From an uncultured Saprospirales bacterium (GTDB taxonomy: Bacteria; Bacteroidota; Bacteroidia; Chitinophagales; Saprospiraceae): a stretch of 42,244 nt of DNA. Positions 17,881 through 26,780 of this stretch are shown one piece after another; position 1 is the first letter of the stretch; each line of letters starts with the position of its first letter. The position numbers were made by a program, and so were the translations under genes. The stretch is from positions 1-42,244 of the forward strand of contig CALMIR010000029.1 in the NCBI GenBank assembly GCA_937864265.1, read 5' to 3'. The notes below the pieces were generated by a model. The model was not told the origin of the DNA. It searched no databases and saw only the letters and a list, made by a program, of their open reading frames with translations.

Positions 17881-18606
17881 ATGGATAGACGCGAATCGTT
17901 AAAAAACCTCTTGGCAGGTGCTGCAATAACCAGCGCCCTGTTTACCCAATTGTCTTGTGAGCGTGCTCCCGACCATGAAGAAAGTGCCGCTGCTTCGCCG
18001 TCCGATTTCCCCTTCGAGGGTACGCGCACGCAAGAAGAGCAAAGGCGCGATGCCCGCATGCATGCCACCGATTTTTTTCTGGAATCGGAAAAACAAACCC
18101 TCACCACCTTATCTGACTTGATTTTGCCGGAAGATGGCAAAGGTCCGGCGGCCTCAAAAACGGGTGTGGTGGATTTCATAGAATTCATGGCGCTGGACTT
18201 TCCCGACTTCCAAGTGCCGCTGCGTGCGGGGCTGGCTTGGCTCAGTGCCGAATCGTTGGAGCGTTTTGAAAACAATGATTTTTCTGCCCTCCAGCCTGCC
18301 CAACAAAAACAACTGCTGGACGAGATTGCGTACCTGCCCGATGACCCTATGGAGGAGCTCACGGCGCCGGTTGCGTTTTTTGATCTGGTACGCGGGTTGG
18401 TACTCACCGGCTATTTTACCAGTAAGGAAGGTGTCGCTGATTTGGGCTACAAAGGCAATATGGCCAATATCTGGGACGGCGTTCCTCAGGAAGTCCTCGC
18501 CAAGCACGACATCGAGTACGACCCTGCCTGGGAAGCCAAGTGCATCAACCAAGACACCCGTGAAACCTTGGCGGAGTGGGACGAAAATGGAAAACTGCTG
18601 AATTGA
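17881..18606 (+). CDS. Gluconate 2-dehydrogenase subunit 3-family protein (Tat-signal small subunit partner of the GMC oxidoreductase)
   Basis: Twin-arginine-like N-terminus (MDRRESLKNLLAGAAITSAL). Lies 12 bp after the GMC gene. Size and position are typical of the small subunit in these pairs. Confidence 0.6.
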   Translation: MDRRESLKNLLAGAAITSALFTQLSCERAPDHEESAAASPSDFPFEGTRTQEEQRRDARMHATDFFLESEKQTLTTLSDLILPEDGKGPAASKTGVVDFIEFMALDFPDFQVPLRAGLAWLSAESLERFENNDFSALQPAQQKQLLDEIAYLPDDPMEELTAPVAFFDLVRGLVLTGYFTSKEGVADLGYKGNMANIWDGVPQEVLAKHDIEYDPAWEAKCINQDTRETLAEWDENGKLLN

Positions 18607-18961
18607 CGAGGCTTAGCTTATCCTTAAACACGTCAGGTAAGGGTGTTTACACGAAAAAATTTTCAATCTCAATTTTTGGGTCTTTGGAGGCTCCAAAATT
18701 GACATCATTCATTTTGTGGTAAACGCGGGTTTGTTTTTCAAATTAAAAAAGCTGTTTTAGTTGCCCTGTGGAATGGGGGAATACTTCACTGAATTAAAAT
18801 TTGAGATAAAACCTCAATACCCCCCAGCACCCGCTTGTTCCATTTGGGTTGATGCTCAACCGAGTACATGGGCTACGTGCCGCCGAGTGTTATCCCGAAA
18901 GTTATCGGGATGCGGGCTGGGCTTTCGCCGCCATGAGCGACCATGCATTGGTAGCGGCTTT

Positions 18962-20071
18962 TTATTTTACCCAAGGTTCTTTTTCAATGGCATTCATGAA
19001 TTGCCCACCATCATAAATGCATATTCCTTGCCAAGTGCCAAACCAAAGTTGTCCTTTGTTATCTTCAAAGATACTAAGAACAAGATTTGAAGTTAATCCG
19101 TTTTCAGTAGTGTATAATGTGAAATTTGTCCCATCATATTTATAAACGCCAACATTTTCTGCCGTAAACCAAATGTTTCCTTTACTATCTTCATAAAGCC
19201 CACCAGTTTCTTCACCTTTAACAATTCCATCTTTTGTAAAATTGGTGTACGTTTTACCATCGAATTTACTTATACCTCCATAAAAAGTTCCAATCCAAAT
19301 ATTCCCATGCTTGTCCGCCAAGATATCCGCCGCATTATTGTCCGTCAGTCCGTTCTTGTTGCTTAAATGAGTAAATGCTCCTTTACTGTATTTAAAAATA
19401 CCATTTCCATCAGTAGCCAGCCAAATGGTGCCACTTTTGTCTTCTACAATTTTGAAAACCAATTGATCAGATAGCATGTGCTGCGGATTTTCGACCATGG
19501 AATCTGGCAAGGGAAGCGATATAAACTGCTCCCCGTCAAAATGACTAAGGCCTCCAGTCGCCCCAACCCAGATTAGTCCGCTTTTGTCAATTGTTAAACC
19601 CCAAATTTCCTCTTCCTCGCCTTGTAATCCTTCTTTTTTTGAAAAGGTTGTAAACTTTTCGCCATCGTATTTTAGGAGTCCATCGGAAGTGCCAAACCAT
19701 ACATTACCTGCTTTGTCTTCTACAATTTCCATCACCCTCATATATGGATTGGTTCCTTCGATTGTAATGGTTTCAAGCGTTTGCCCATCGTAACGGATAA
19801 TCCCATTTCCATTTGTTCCAAACCAATAGTTCCCTTTTGTATCTTGATACATCGCCCTGACAAATTCCCTTACCATTCCATTTAAATTGGAGTGAATTTG
19901 CGGAAATATTGTATGTTGCTTCAGGGCAGGTACCTGGTTCTCTTGGGTGTTTTCCACCTTTCCTTCATTTACATTGACTTGTCCATAGCAAGAAGAAAGA
20001 TGAAGTGCGATAAACACAAAAATTAGCATTCTTGCCGGAAAGGGGGTTTTGCTTTTTATTGCTATCATGTT
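18962..20071 (-). CDS. Two-component-regulator propeller-repeat (Reg_prop/Y_Y_Y-like) secreted lipoprotein
   Basis: ORF 18962..20155. The internal Met at 20071 gives a lipoprotein signal (MIAIKSKTPFPARMLIFVFIALHLSSC). Repeated GNIWFGT / GLIWVGAT / GTIWLATDGNG motifs are characteristic of beta-propeller sensor repeats. Confidence 0.65.
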   Translation of the reverse strand, partial: NMIAIKSKTPFPARMLIFVFIALHLSSCYGQVNVNEGKVENTQENQVPALKQHTIFPQIHSNLNGMVREFVRAMYQDTKGNYWFGTNGNGIIRYDGQTLETITIEGTNPYMRVMEIVEDKAGNVWFGTSDGLLKYDGEKFTTFSKKEGLQGEEEEIWGLTIDKSGLIWVGATGGLSHFDGEQFISLPLPDSMVENPQHMLSDQLVFKIVEDKSGTIWLATDGNGIFKYSKGAFTHLSNKNGLTDNNAADILADKHGNIWIGTFYGGISKFDGKTYTNFTKDGIVKGEETGGLYEDSKGNIWFTAENVGVYKYDGTNFTLYTTENGLTSNLVLSIFEDNKGQLWFGTWQGICIYDGGQFMNAIEKEPWVK

Positions 20072-20335
20072 TTTATTTTTCAACCATCCGTTTTTTCTGT
20101 CCAAAGCATTTGCTGTGTTTTCTAAAGTTTTCAAGTCTGAAAATTTCACCCCCATAGTTGTCGGCTTACTTCGGGCTATTTCTGTCGTGTGGAACCTATT
20201 TTTAGGTTCTATTGTCCATTACAAATTTACAATTTTTTCCTTATGATTCCTCGGATTGCTGTCGTTGTAGAGTGGGGTAGGGCGGGTGCGCTAACGCAGC
20301 CGGCCTTAGTCGGTTGACGGTGGTGCGGTGTATAT

Positions 20336-20602
20336 GCCTCGAATGAGCATCGAAGATGCTCCCTTCGAGCTGTATTTAAGCTGACGCGCTTAAAGATAGC
20401 AAGTCAACGTCTTTCCAAAGGGAAAGTGCTCTGGGGAGGTGAAAGGCCTCCTCACCGTCACCGAAGCGCGGTTGCGCAAGCGGGGTTTTTGGAATACTAC
20501 CTCCCCGTTAAGTCCCGCGACGCACAGCCACCACCCATGCCAGCACGTTCACCAAGAAACGATAAGTTGTTCTTTGAACCGCGAAGTACGTGATCCGTAC
20601 GC
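20336..20602. repeat. 267-bp direct repeat, copy 1 (perfectly identical to 38902..39168); GC-rich, hairpin-dense, non-coding
   Basis: Identity was read directly, from cctcgaatgagcatcgaagatgctcc through gtgatccgtacgct. Nested hairpins: ctcgaa-[gagcatc gaa gatgctc]-ttcgag; tatttaagc/gcttaaagata; ctttcc aaa ggaaag; ggagg tgaaagg cctcc; and a 14-bp bulged stem cgaagtacg..cgtacGCttcg at the 3' end. The flanks are similar but diverged. Confidence 0.85.
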
Positions 20603-20672
20603 TTCGTGGTGGGAGCGGGATAAGAGCAGCTGACTGGCTGGTTTTAGGCTACTTGCTTAGCGGTTTTTCTAC

Positions 20673-21404
20673 TCAAATGCTATCTAATAGTTCAATTTCA
20701 GGCATTTCGTCCCATGTCTTGCCTTCCAATAATCGCCCTGTTTTCTTTTTATTTGTCCCACCCCATTGTTTGAAAAAGAAGGCTACGTTAGCATCTAAAC
20801 ATTGATTTTTTATATCTGTTACCCATTCTTCTTTCATAGGCCTAGGTTTTCGTCCACTTTCTCCACCAACTATTACCCAATCAATTCCTTTTAAGTTCAT
20901 ATTCGGTATCGCTCCAATCAACGGCTCACAAGAAAGGAACTTAACCCTTGCTCCGGTCTCACGAAGCAGGTCAATTCTCTTAGTTACTTTATTATTTTCG
21001 ACTGAAACCCCCATCCAAATATTGTGTGCCCACTCTAACCAACCTTCGCTGTCATAAAATCTTAATACGTCTGCCCTTTTGGTCAGAACCTGAAAAACGT
21101 GTTGTGGATTGTCCTTCATTACTTTAAATACTTTTCTTATAAAGTCGATAGGCACGTCTTTATGAAACAAGTCACTCATTGAGTTTACAAAAACAACCTT
21201 CGGTTTTTTCCATGAATAAGGTGTTCTTAACTCGTCTTCGTGGATGGTAATGTCAAAGTTGTTTTTATATTTTTCAACTCCCATTGCTTGCAAACGCTTT
21301 GACATAATCTCGGCATAGCAGAATTTACAACCAGCCGATATTTTATCGCAACCCGTAGTTGGATTCCAAGTCATTTCTGTCCATTCTATGCTTGAATGTG
21401 CCAT
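20673..21404 (-). CDS. Phage Gp37/Gp68-family protein (DUF5131; three-Cys, radical-SAM-like)
   Basis: The N-terminal [32 protein letters not shown] Cys cluster and the overall ~240-aa layout match the Gp37/Gp68 family. Sits 11 bp downstream of its partner gene. Confidence 0.7.
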   Translation of the reverse strand: MAHSSIEWTEMTWNPTTGCDKISAGCKFCYAEIMSKRLQAMGVEKYKNNFDITIHEDELRTPYSWKKPKVVFVNSMSDLFHKDVPIDFIRKVFKVMKDNPQHVFQVLTKRADVLRFYDSEGWLEWAHNIWMGVSVENNKVTKRIDLLRETGARVKFLSCEPLIGAIPNMNLKGIDWVIVGGESGRKPRPMKEEWVTDIKNQCLDANVAFFFKQWGGTNKKKTGRLLEGKTWDEMPEIELLDSI

Positions 21405-21415
21405 ATTTTGTTCAT

Positions 21416-22531
21416 TTATTTGAAAGTGATAATGATGTCATCCCCCAAAGTTCCCTTTTTAGGCGGTTTACCTTTAGGAGAAATTGCGTCAATTGAATTT
21501 TCCTCATATAATTCCTTTAACACGTCTTTGTAATTTTTCTTAATGTAAGGGGTATCAACATTATGAAGTCTATAAATATCTTTCATTCTCACTGTTTCCC
21601 CGCGATAACGATGTATTAAATTTTCTTTTAAATCATCAAGTGGCCTAGAAAGTTGAAATAACAGTGTTTGCTTTGGAAGTGAATCTGCGGGGTTATACTC
21701 AAAAGAGGGTACTCCTTGCTCGTTACTACTACTTTCCTTTGCCATAATATCCTTCATTATTTCATAACCAAGGAAGTTTTTACTTACAAAGATTAGATGA
21801 TGGCTCGTTCTTTCACCGCTGTCATTTTTAAACCTAAATGGAAGAACGAAATTGGCTCCCAATTCTTTCAATGCTTGGCATAGTTCCTCAATAATTAACA
21901 TTTCTCTTTGCATAGGGTTCGCGTTCGACAACTTTAACCTTAACCGATAACATCTCTCCTTTCCAAACAATGAATTCATGTGAGAAGTGACCATTTTATT
22001 ATTTAACCCCATATTTATTCGATTGTAGTTGAAGAAAAAAATCGCATCACATCTCCAGTCCTTCAAAACTGAATTTACAAGCCTCAAAGATAAACCCTTA
22101 TAACCCCAAGGGTCAACAAAAAATAGAGTGGGAATCAAGTTCATCTGCTCAAATTGTGTGACTATATTTTCCCCTACTTCTTCATTCCATACATCGGGAT
22201 AATATACCAATTCGTTGATATTGGGTATTTCTGATATGGCTCCAGACAATGATTTCGAGTTTTCGGTATCCTTATCATTAAAAATAGTTACAAGCCTTTC
22301 TTTTAAGTCTGGATTGGAGAGGGCATAGTTAAGGATTTTTAAGGGGGTAGATTGGGCACCATCTCGGTATCTACCTGGCCCAGCGAAAAGATCAATATAG
22401 GCTATTTTTTGCGCATATTGAGGGTGTTTTTTTTGCGTATTTATTATTACATTAGCCCAAACGCTAAAATATTTGGCCACAATAGTGGATTTAACCAATG
22501 ACTGCTCCCTTTGTTCGTTAAAAAATGACAT
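21416..22531 (-). CDS. tcmP: Three-Cys-motif partner protein TcmP-like (partner of DUF5131)
   Basis: The N-terminal region ([17 protein letters not shown]...[11 protein letters not shown]) matches the conserved TcmP start. Its adjacency and co-orientation with a DUF5131 gene is the defining context of this family. Confidence 0.6.
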   Translation of the reverse strand: MSFFNEQREQSLVKSTIVAKYFSVWANVIINTQKKHPQYAQKIAYIDLFAGPGRYRDGAQSTPLKILNYALSNPDLKERLVTIFNDKDTENSKSLSGAISEIPNINELVYYPDVWNEEVGENIVTQFEQMNLIPTLFFVDPWGYKGLSLRLVNSVLKDWRCDAIFFFNYNRINMGLNNKMVTSHMNSLFGKERCYRLRLKLSNANPMQREMLIIEELCQALKELGANFVLPFRFKNDSGERTSHHLIFVSKNFLGYEIMKDIMAKESSSNEQGVPSFEYNPADSLPKQTLLFQLSRPLDDLKENLIHRYRGETVRMKDIYRLHNVDTPYIKKNYKDVLKELYEENSIDAISPKGKPPKKGTLGDDIIITFK

Positions 22532-22859
22532 ATATTAAGATGCTTTTGTGATTTTTTAATCACCGCTAACATCTACTCATCCGAACTAAAGTTCGCCTTT
22601 TGAAACCCATCAAATGATCCAAAGTCCTTTGTACCCTCTGGATGGTGCTGTCGCTTACACGCGTGTAGCGTTCCGTCGTTCTTATAAAAAAGGGGAAAAA
22701 TTTGGAGATGCATATACTGGCATTTTGGGTCACTTGACAAAAATAATCCCATTGTACCAAAATAGCAAACAATAAAGCAAGAAAAAAATGTTTGCCATGA
22801 TAAAAGCGCTTGCAGGCCGAAGCATGCCAAATATTATAGCTTCGCCCCTGTTTGCTTGT

Positions 22860-22900
22860 ATCCCGCGTCCAATGCGGCATTCTAGCATTGGACGCGGGAT
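22860..22900. other. 16-bp perfect GC-rich inverted repeat (atcccgcgtccaatgc / gcattggacgcgggat) with 9-nt loop
   Basis: Seen directly. Lies ~50 bp past the stop of the minus-strand aquaporin gene. No clean U-tract on either strand. Confidence 0.4.
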
Positions 22901-22948
22901 GCCTGGCGTTTAGGGTTAAGCCCTTAGTGTTGCAGGCAGGCTTCTTTT

Positions 22949-23590
22949 TTATTCTTTTTCTTTCATTAAATTCCATGTCAAACTTGCCAATATCGCCCCG
23001 ATTATCGGAGCGATTATGTAAATCCATAATTCGGAAATATTCCCCGAAACTATCGCAGGAGAAATTGACCTTGCAGGGTTCATTGAAGCTCCTGTAATCG
23101 GTCCCGCAAACATGGCTTCCAACATAACAATAGCCCCGACCGCAAACCCCGTAAATTGATTGACGGACTTGTTTTGGCTGACGAACAGAATGACAACCAT
23201 CAATAAATAGGTCAGAATAATCTCTAAAATGAATGATTGTTGCCAATTCCCACTTGGATGTGTCGCCCCCAAATTTTCATGTTCTGAAAAAAGGAATTTT
23301 AATAGCCCCGATGCTAAAAATGCACCCAATAATTGTGCAATGATATATCCCAATAAATTCTTTTTCTCAAATCTGCCCGTAACAGAAAAAGCTATCGAAA
23401 CGGCAGGATTGATATGTGCCCCCGAAATATTCCCAAATGTATAAATCATCACAGTTACTATCAATCCAAAAGTTATAGCAATGCCAACGTGGCTCAGCGT
23501 TCCGTTGGTGATATCGTTAATCACAATTGCACCCGTACCACAAAATACAAGGGCAAATGTTCCAATCAACTCAGCGATATACTTCTTCAT
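22949..23590 (-). CDS. MIP-family channel (aquaporin/aquaglyceroporin)
   Basis: Two NPA boxes (NPAVSIAF and NPARS), six-helix layout, ~213 aa. Confidence 0.8.
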   Translation of the reverse strand: MKKYIAELIGTFALVFCGTGAIVINDITNGTLSHVGIAITFGLIVTVMIYTFGNISGAHINPAVSIAFSVTGRFEKKNLLGYIIAQLLGAFLASGLLKFLFSEHENLGATHPSGNWQQSFILEIILTYLLMVVILFVSQNKSVNQFTGFAVGAIVMLEAMFAGPITGASMNPARSISPAIVSGNISELWIYIIAPIIGAILASLTWNLMKEKE

Positions 23591-24270
23591 ACGATTACCC
23601 GACTAATAACAAACAACATTTCCCTTCCAATCTGTCTTATCCTTTCATCATATTTTGCGGTTTCGAGTTCCGTTCCGTCAAATTCCTTTGGGTCGTCAAA
23701 TGGCAAGGATAATCTAAAATCACAACCAAGCACAAAGGGGCATCCTTCATCTGCCTCCGAACAGACCATAACGGCAGCAAATTTTTCTTTTGGGTTGGGT
23801 TCGTCTTCGTATTTTTTGGAAAATGCTTGGTAAGGTTTCATTCCATCTTTCCAACTTATTTGATAAATCGGGTTTTCTGATTCTTCTTCTCTTGCCGAAA
23901 TATTAAAGCCAATTCTTTGGAATGCTTTTACTGCTCTGATATTAAATGCAGTAGTTTCCGTTCCTCCCGAAAAGGTCTGTATTTCAGGTATTTGATAATA
24001 TTCAGCTCCAACTGCCAACCAAATCTGTCCGATATGACTTCTTCTCGAATTGTGGGTACAAATCACCACTATTTTCGGTGTTTGCCCTTCTTTGATTTTA
24101 TTGGAAATGTAGTTGCTGAGTAGGGAAAGTTTGTCCTTCCTTTCCTTTGGGATTATTCCAAATTCCCCTTCAAGTTCTTTGCAAAACCTTTCGATTTCCC
24201 CATTCAGGGTCACTTCATCTATCTTCATGCTATCTTTTATTGAGTCAAAAAATCGAACCCGCAATTTCAA
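23587..24270 (-). CDS. Arsenate reductase-like LMW phosphatase (thioredoxin-type ArsC/LMW-PTP fold) with ~60-aa N-terminal extension
   Basis: P-loop CTHNSRRS (CX5R-S) and a downstream Cys pair (VCSEADEGC) like thioredoxin-coupled ArsC. Its stop overlaps the aquaporin start (ATGA), which suggests an ars-like operon. Confidence 0.6.
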   Translation of the reverse strand: MKLRVRFFDSIKDSMKIDEVTLNGEIERFCKELEGEFGIIPKERKDKLSLLSNYISNKIKEGQTPKIVVICTHNSRRSHIGQIWLAVGAEYYQIPEIQTFSGGTETTAFNIRAVKAFQRIGFNISAREEESENPIYQISWKDGMKPYQAFSKKYEDEPNPKEKFAAVMVCSEADEGCPFVLGCDFRLSLPFDDPKEFDGTELETAKYDERIRQIGREMLFVISRVIV

Positions 24271-24432
24271 GATATTTCCATAACTCGTTTATTTATTCGT
24301 ATTAAGTTTGATTTAATTTTTCTTCTTAAGTGCTGCTGTTTACTGAGTTTGCCCTTGTGATTGTGATTTAACCATCATAGGTAGAGCTGGGGCTGATGAA
24401 GAGCGCCCCATATTATTTAAAATCGCAAAATC

Positions 24433-24467
24433 GATGTTCAATTCACCTGCCAATATGTTCAATTGAC
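24433..24467 (+). promoter_or_regulatory. Candidate LytTR-type operator: direct repeats ATGTTCAATTCAC / ATGTTCAATTGAC phased 21 bp apart (copy 1 of a 35-bp element)
   Basis: The 35-mer gatgttcaattcacctgccaatatgttcaattgac is identical to 26674..26708. It lies in the divergent region between the arsC-like gene (minus) and the M43 protease gene (plus), ~77 bp upstream of the latter. Confidence 0.35.
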
Positions 24468-24544
24468 TTTGATCGTCGCTTCTATAGTCTTTTAACCCAA
24501 TTACATTTGCGCTGAAAAGAATTTGGTATCTAAATGTACTCAAC

Positions 24545-25444
24545 ATGAAATTAAATTATTTCCCCTTACTAATACTTGCCTTGGCATTTTTTGTTGTGAG
24601 CTGTAGTAAGGAAGATGATGAACCAACCGAGCCCTTTATTTATCGAATTCCTGTGGTTGTACACGTGGTACATAATGGTGAACCAGTAGGCACAGGCCCC
24701 AACATTTCGCAAGCGCAAATACAATCACAAATTGAAGTGCTTAATGAAGACTTCAGAAGAATCTCAGGTACCAATGGATTTAATTCCAATGGTGTAGACA
24801 CTCAGATTGAATTTTACCTGGCCACCACAGATCCTGATGGAAATACACTTCCAGAACCTGGTATTCATCGTTACGATGGTGGTATTCCAATATGGCCAAC
24901 TGGGTTTTTCACTTCAGTAGATTCTCAACTAAAACCAGCTACCTTTTGGGATCCAAATCGATATTTTAATATCTGGACGGTGAATTTTGGAGGATTTGTA
25001 GGTAGAAATTTATTGGGCTACGCACAGTTTCCTTCCAACTCAGGCTTACTTGGATTAGATGCGAATGGAGGGGATGCAGAAACCGATGGGGTTGTGATTG
25101 GCTACAAATATTTTGGCAGTGCCGAGAAAGGCAATTTCCCCGATTTACACAACACCTATAATTTAGGAAGAACCACCACACATGAGGTTGGGCACTGGTT
25201 AGGCTTACGCCATATTTGGGGCGATGGTGATTGCACGGTAGACGATTTTTGTAATGATACACCAACCTCCGACGAACCCAATTACTCCTGCGAAATGCAC
25301 ATCTCCTGCGGCTCTCAGGATATGATTGAGAACTATATGGATTACACCGAAGATCAGTGCATGAGTTTATTTACTCAAGACCAAAAAGAACGGATGTTTC
25401 AAGTATTGGAAAATAGCGTACGCAGAAACACATTGTACAACTAA
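24545..25444 (+). CDS. M43 (pappalysin/cytophagalysin-type) zinc metalloprotease lipoprotein
   Basis: Lipobox (LAFFVVSCSK). Extended zinc motif HEVGHWLGLRHIW (HEXXHXXGXXH). The size fits the M43B family. Confidence 0.75.
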   Translation: MKLNYFPLLILALAFFVVSCSKEDDEPTEPFIYRIPVVVHVVHNGEPVGTGPNISQAQIQSQIEVLNEDFRRISGTNGFNSNGVDTQIEFYLATTDPDGNTLPEPGIHRYDGGIPIWPTGFFTSVDSQLKPATFWDPNRYFNIWTVNFGGFVGRNLLGYAQFPSNSGLLGLDANGGDAETDGVVIGYKYFGSAEKGNFPDLHNTYNLGRTTTHEVGHWLGLRHIWGDGDCTVDDFCNDTPTSDEPNYSCEMHISCGSQDMIENYMDYTEDQCMSLFTQDQKERMFQVLENSVRRNTLYN

Positions 25445-25462
25445 CTTTAAAAAAACGAAAAA

Positions 25463-26197
25463 ATGAAAAATTTTAATCTTCAACTACTTCTGGCATTAGC
25501 GTTATTAGCATTTTTTCCCAGCTGTTCAAAGGATGATGATACCGATGATAACGTAGTAATTACTGTTAACGATGCTGCGGAATTAGTGGCAGCATCTATG
25601 GCAATCGCAACCTATGGCGCCGTAAGTAACATGAACTACGTTTCTGACCAGATAGTGGACATACTCGATTGTAATGAATCTGAAAGTGAAACCAGATCGG
25701 ATACAGAAACATCCATTAACGGAGAAGTGATGGTATCTTTCACCATTTCTGAAAGCTATTCATTAGCTTGTTCAGGTGGGGAAGAAGAAATCAACTATAT
25801 TTTTACAGCCGACCAAACGACAACCTCCAACCCCTTAGATACAGACCATAGCATAAGTGGAAACTGGATAATTTCAGGAGCAGAGTCAACATCTTCTGTT
25901 TTAACCTATAACGGAAGCTATTCCAGAGGCGGTGAATGGATATACAACAATGCAGATGACCATACAGACAATACCACAACTTCTTTTGTTTATAAAGATG
26001 TAAAAGCGAACAAAGACGACGGGGTGATTTTTGAAGGCACTTCAACTTTTGCGCTCAATGGCACCAGTACCGTATATGACCCATACTCTTATGAAGGGGA
26101 TATTGTTTTTCAAGCGGGCAATATTTGCGTTGCAACTTTTGCAACAGGTGAGCAATATAAAATTGATTTAAACACAGGTGATGTAACCCCACTATAA
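25463..26197 (+). CDS. Hypothetical Ser/Thr/Asp-rich lipoprotein
   Basis: Lipobox FFPSCSK. No recognisable domain. Confidence 0.45.
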   Translation: MKNFNLQLLLALALLAFFPSCSKDDDTDDNVVITVNDAAELVAASMAIATYGAVSNMNYVSDQIVDILDCNESESETRSDTETSINGEVMVSFTISESYSLACSGGEEEINYIFTADQTTTSNPLDTDHSISGNWIISGAESTSSVLTYNGSYSRGGEWIYNNADDHTDNTTTSFVYKDVKANKDDGVIFEGTSTFALNGTSTVYDPYSYEGDIVFQAGNICVATFATGEQYKIDLNTGDVTPL

Positions 26198-26218
26198 AAA
26201 AATTAAAATCGGTGAAAA

Positions 26219-26599
26219 ATGAAAAATGTAACAACTTTATTGCTATCCACTTTCTTGGTGTTTGGAATGATGTGTACCGTTTCAGCACAAGAAATATTTT
26301 CAGCCGAGGAAAAAGTGCAGGTTATTCAAAACGTTGATGAGTATATTTATAACCTAAACTTATCCGAACGTGACAAACCCGAATTTAGGTTCATCATCGA
26401 AGATTTCTTTATCGGTCTTTCGGCATTGAGGGAAACAGAATTTTCAATGGATGCTAAGAAGAAAATTGTAAGGACTTTAGCAAAGGATAGAGATAAAAGG
26501 GTCAAAGAAGTCCTAAGCTCCGATCAATACAAAGTATATAAGGCTCGTATAAAAGAGCAGAGAGGTAAACTCGTAGAGTTTATGAAAAAGCAATCATAA
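26219..26599 (+). CDS. Hypothetical small secreted protein
   Basis: Signal peptide (TLLLSTFLVFGMMCTVSAQE) and a Lys-rich C-terminal half. No known motif. Confidence 0.4.
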   Translation: MKNVTTLLLSTFLVFGMMCTVSAQEIFSAEEKVQVIQNVDEYIYNLNLSERDKPEFRFIIEDFFIGLSALRETEFSMDAKKKIVRTLAKDRDKRVKEVLSSDQYKVYKARIKEQRGKLVEFMKKQS

Positions 26600-26621
26600 C
26601 TTGCTTTAACCAACGGCTAAT

Positions 26622-26652
26622 AACGGGGGAATCTGGTAAAGATTCCCCCGTT
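26622..26652 (+). terminator. Putative intrinsic terminator: 12-bp stem aacgggggaatc / gattcccccgtt with 7-nt loop
   Basis: A perfect hairpin seen directly, 23 bp after the stop of 26219..26599. The 3' tail is only moderately T-rich (gcatttcaaaatt). Confidence 0.4.
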
Positions 26653-26673
26653 GCATTTCAAAATTGCAGAACG

Positions 26674-26708
26674 GATGTTCAATTCACCTGCCAATATGTT
26701 CAATTGAC
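26674..26708 (+). promoter_or_regulatory. Candidate LytTR-type operator, copy 2 of the 35-bp phased direct-repeat element
   Basis: Identical 35-mer to 24433..24467, ~73 bp upstream of the DUF2147 gene start (26781), in the same orientation. Confidence 0.35.
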
Positions 26709-26780
26709 CAAAATTTAGAGGGGATTATTCTATTCACCTTAATAGTTTTGGGCTGTTTATTCACAATTAATTAAAGAAAT

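Noticed and set aside
16169-18552. Minus-strand ORFs (16169..16537, 16697..17332, 17429..17926, 17850..18407, 18154..18552) and off-frame plus ORFs inside the GMC oxidoreductase and subunit-3 genes
   Set aside because: GC-rich antisense ghosts. The plus-strand genes have clear family motifs.
18905-18975. Possible plus-strand intrinsic terminator (gccgc...gcggc followed by tttttatttt) downstream of the GMC/subunit-3 pair
   Set aside because: The stem is only 5 bp with a 22-nt loop, and the T-run is largely the reverse complement of the propeller gene's stop and last codons. Too weak to call.
18761-19090. 109-aa plus-strand ORF spanning the intergenic region and the 3' end of the propeller gene
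   Set aside because: It overlaps a well-supported minus-strand gene. Its GC-rich start lies in a hairpin-forming intergenic segment and it has no motifs.
20520-20560. Partial resemblance of cccatgcc...agaaacg within the 267-bp repeat to the 5S rRNA loop region
   Set aside because: The match covers only a few short words. The length and flanking helices do not fit 5S, and no rRNA operon context exists.
20570-20610. Group II intron domain V-like hairpin at the 3' end of the 267-bp repeat
   Set aside because: The geometry fits (14 bp, 2-nt 3' bulge). However, the loop is 5 nt rather than GNRA, the AGC triad is absent, no intron ORF or domain I-IV is evident, and the similarity between the two copies stops right after it rather than continuing through a domain VI. 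Kept only as a remark inside the ncRNA finding.
20439-20633. 64-aa ORF inside repeat copy 1, with its twin 39004..39255 and 38817..39158 inside copy 2
   Set aside because: The translations are Arg/Pro/His-rich with no start context or domain. The ORFs exist only because the repeat is GC-rich, so the repeat is better explained as non-coding.
22566-23246. 226-aa minus-strand ORF overlapping the aquaporin gene, plus small plus-strand ORFs 22852..23097, 23229..23444, 23414..23833
   Set aside because: They overlap a gene with clear NPA motifs in another frame or strand, and their translations have no features.
24340-24546. 68-aa minus-strand ORF covering the candidate LytTR operator upstream of the M43 protease
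   Set aside because: It sits in a divergent promoter region, has no family resemblance, and is better explained as regulatory DNA.
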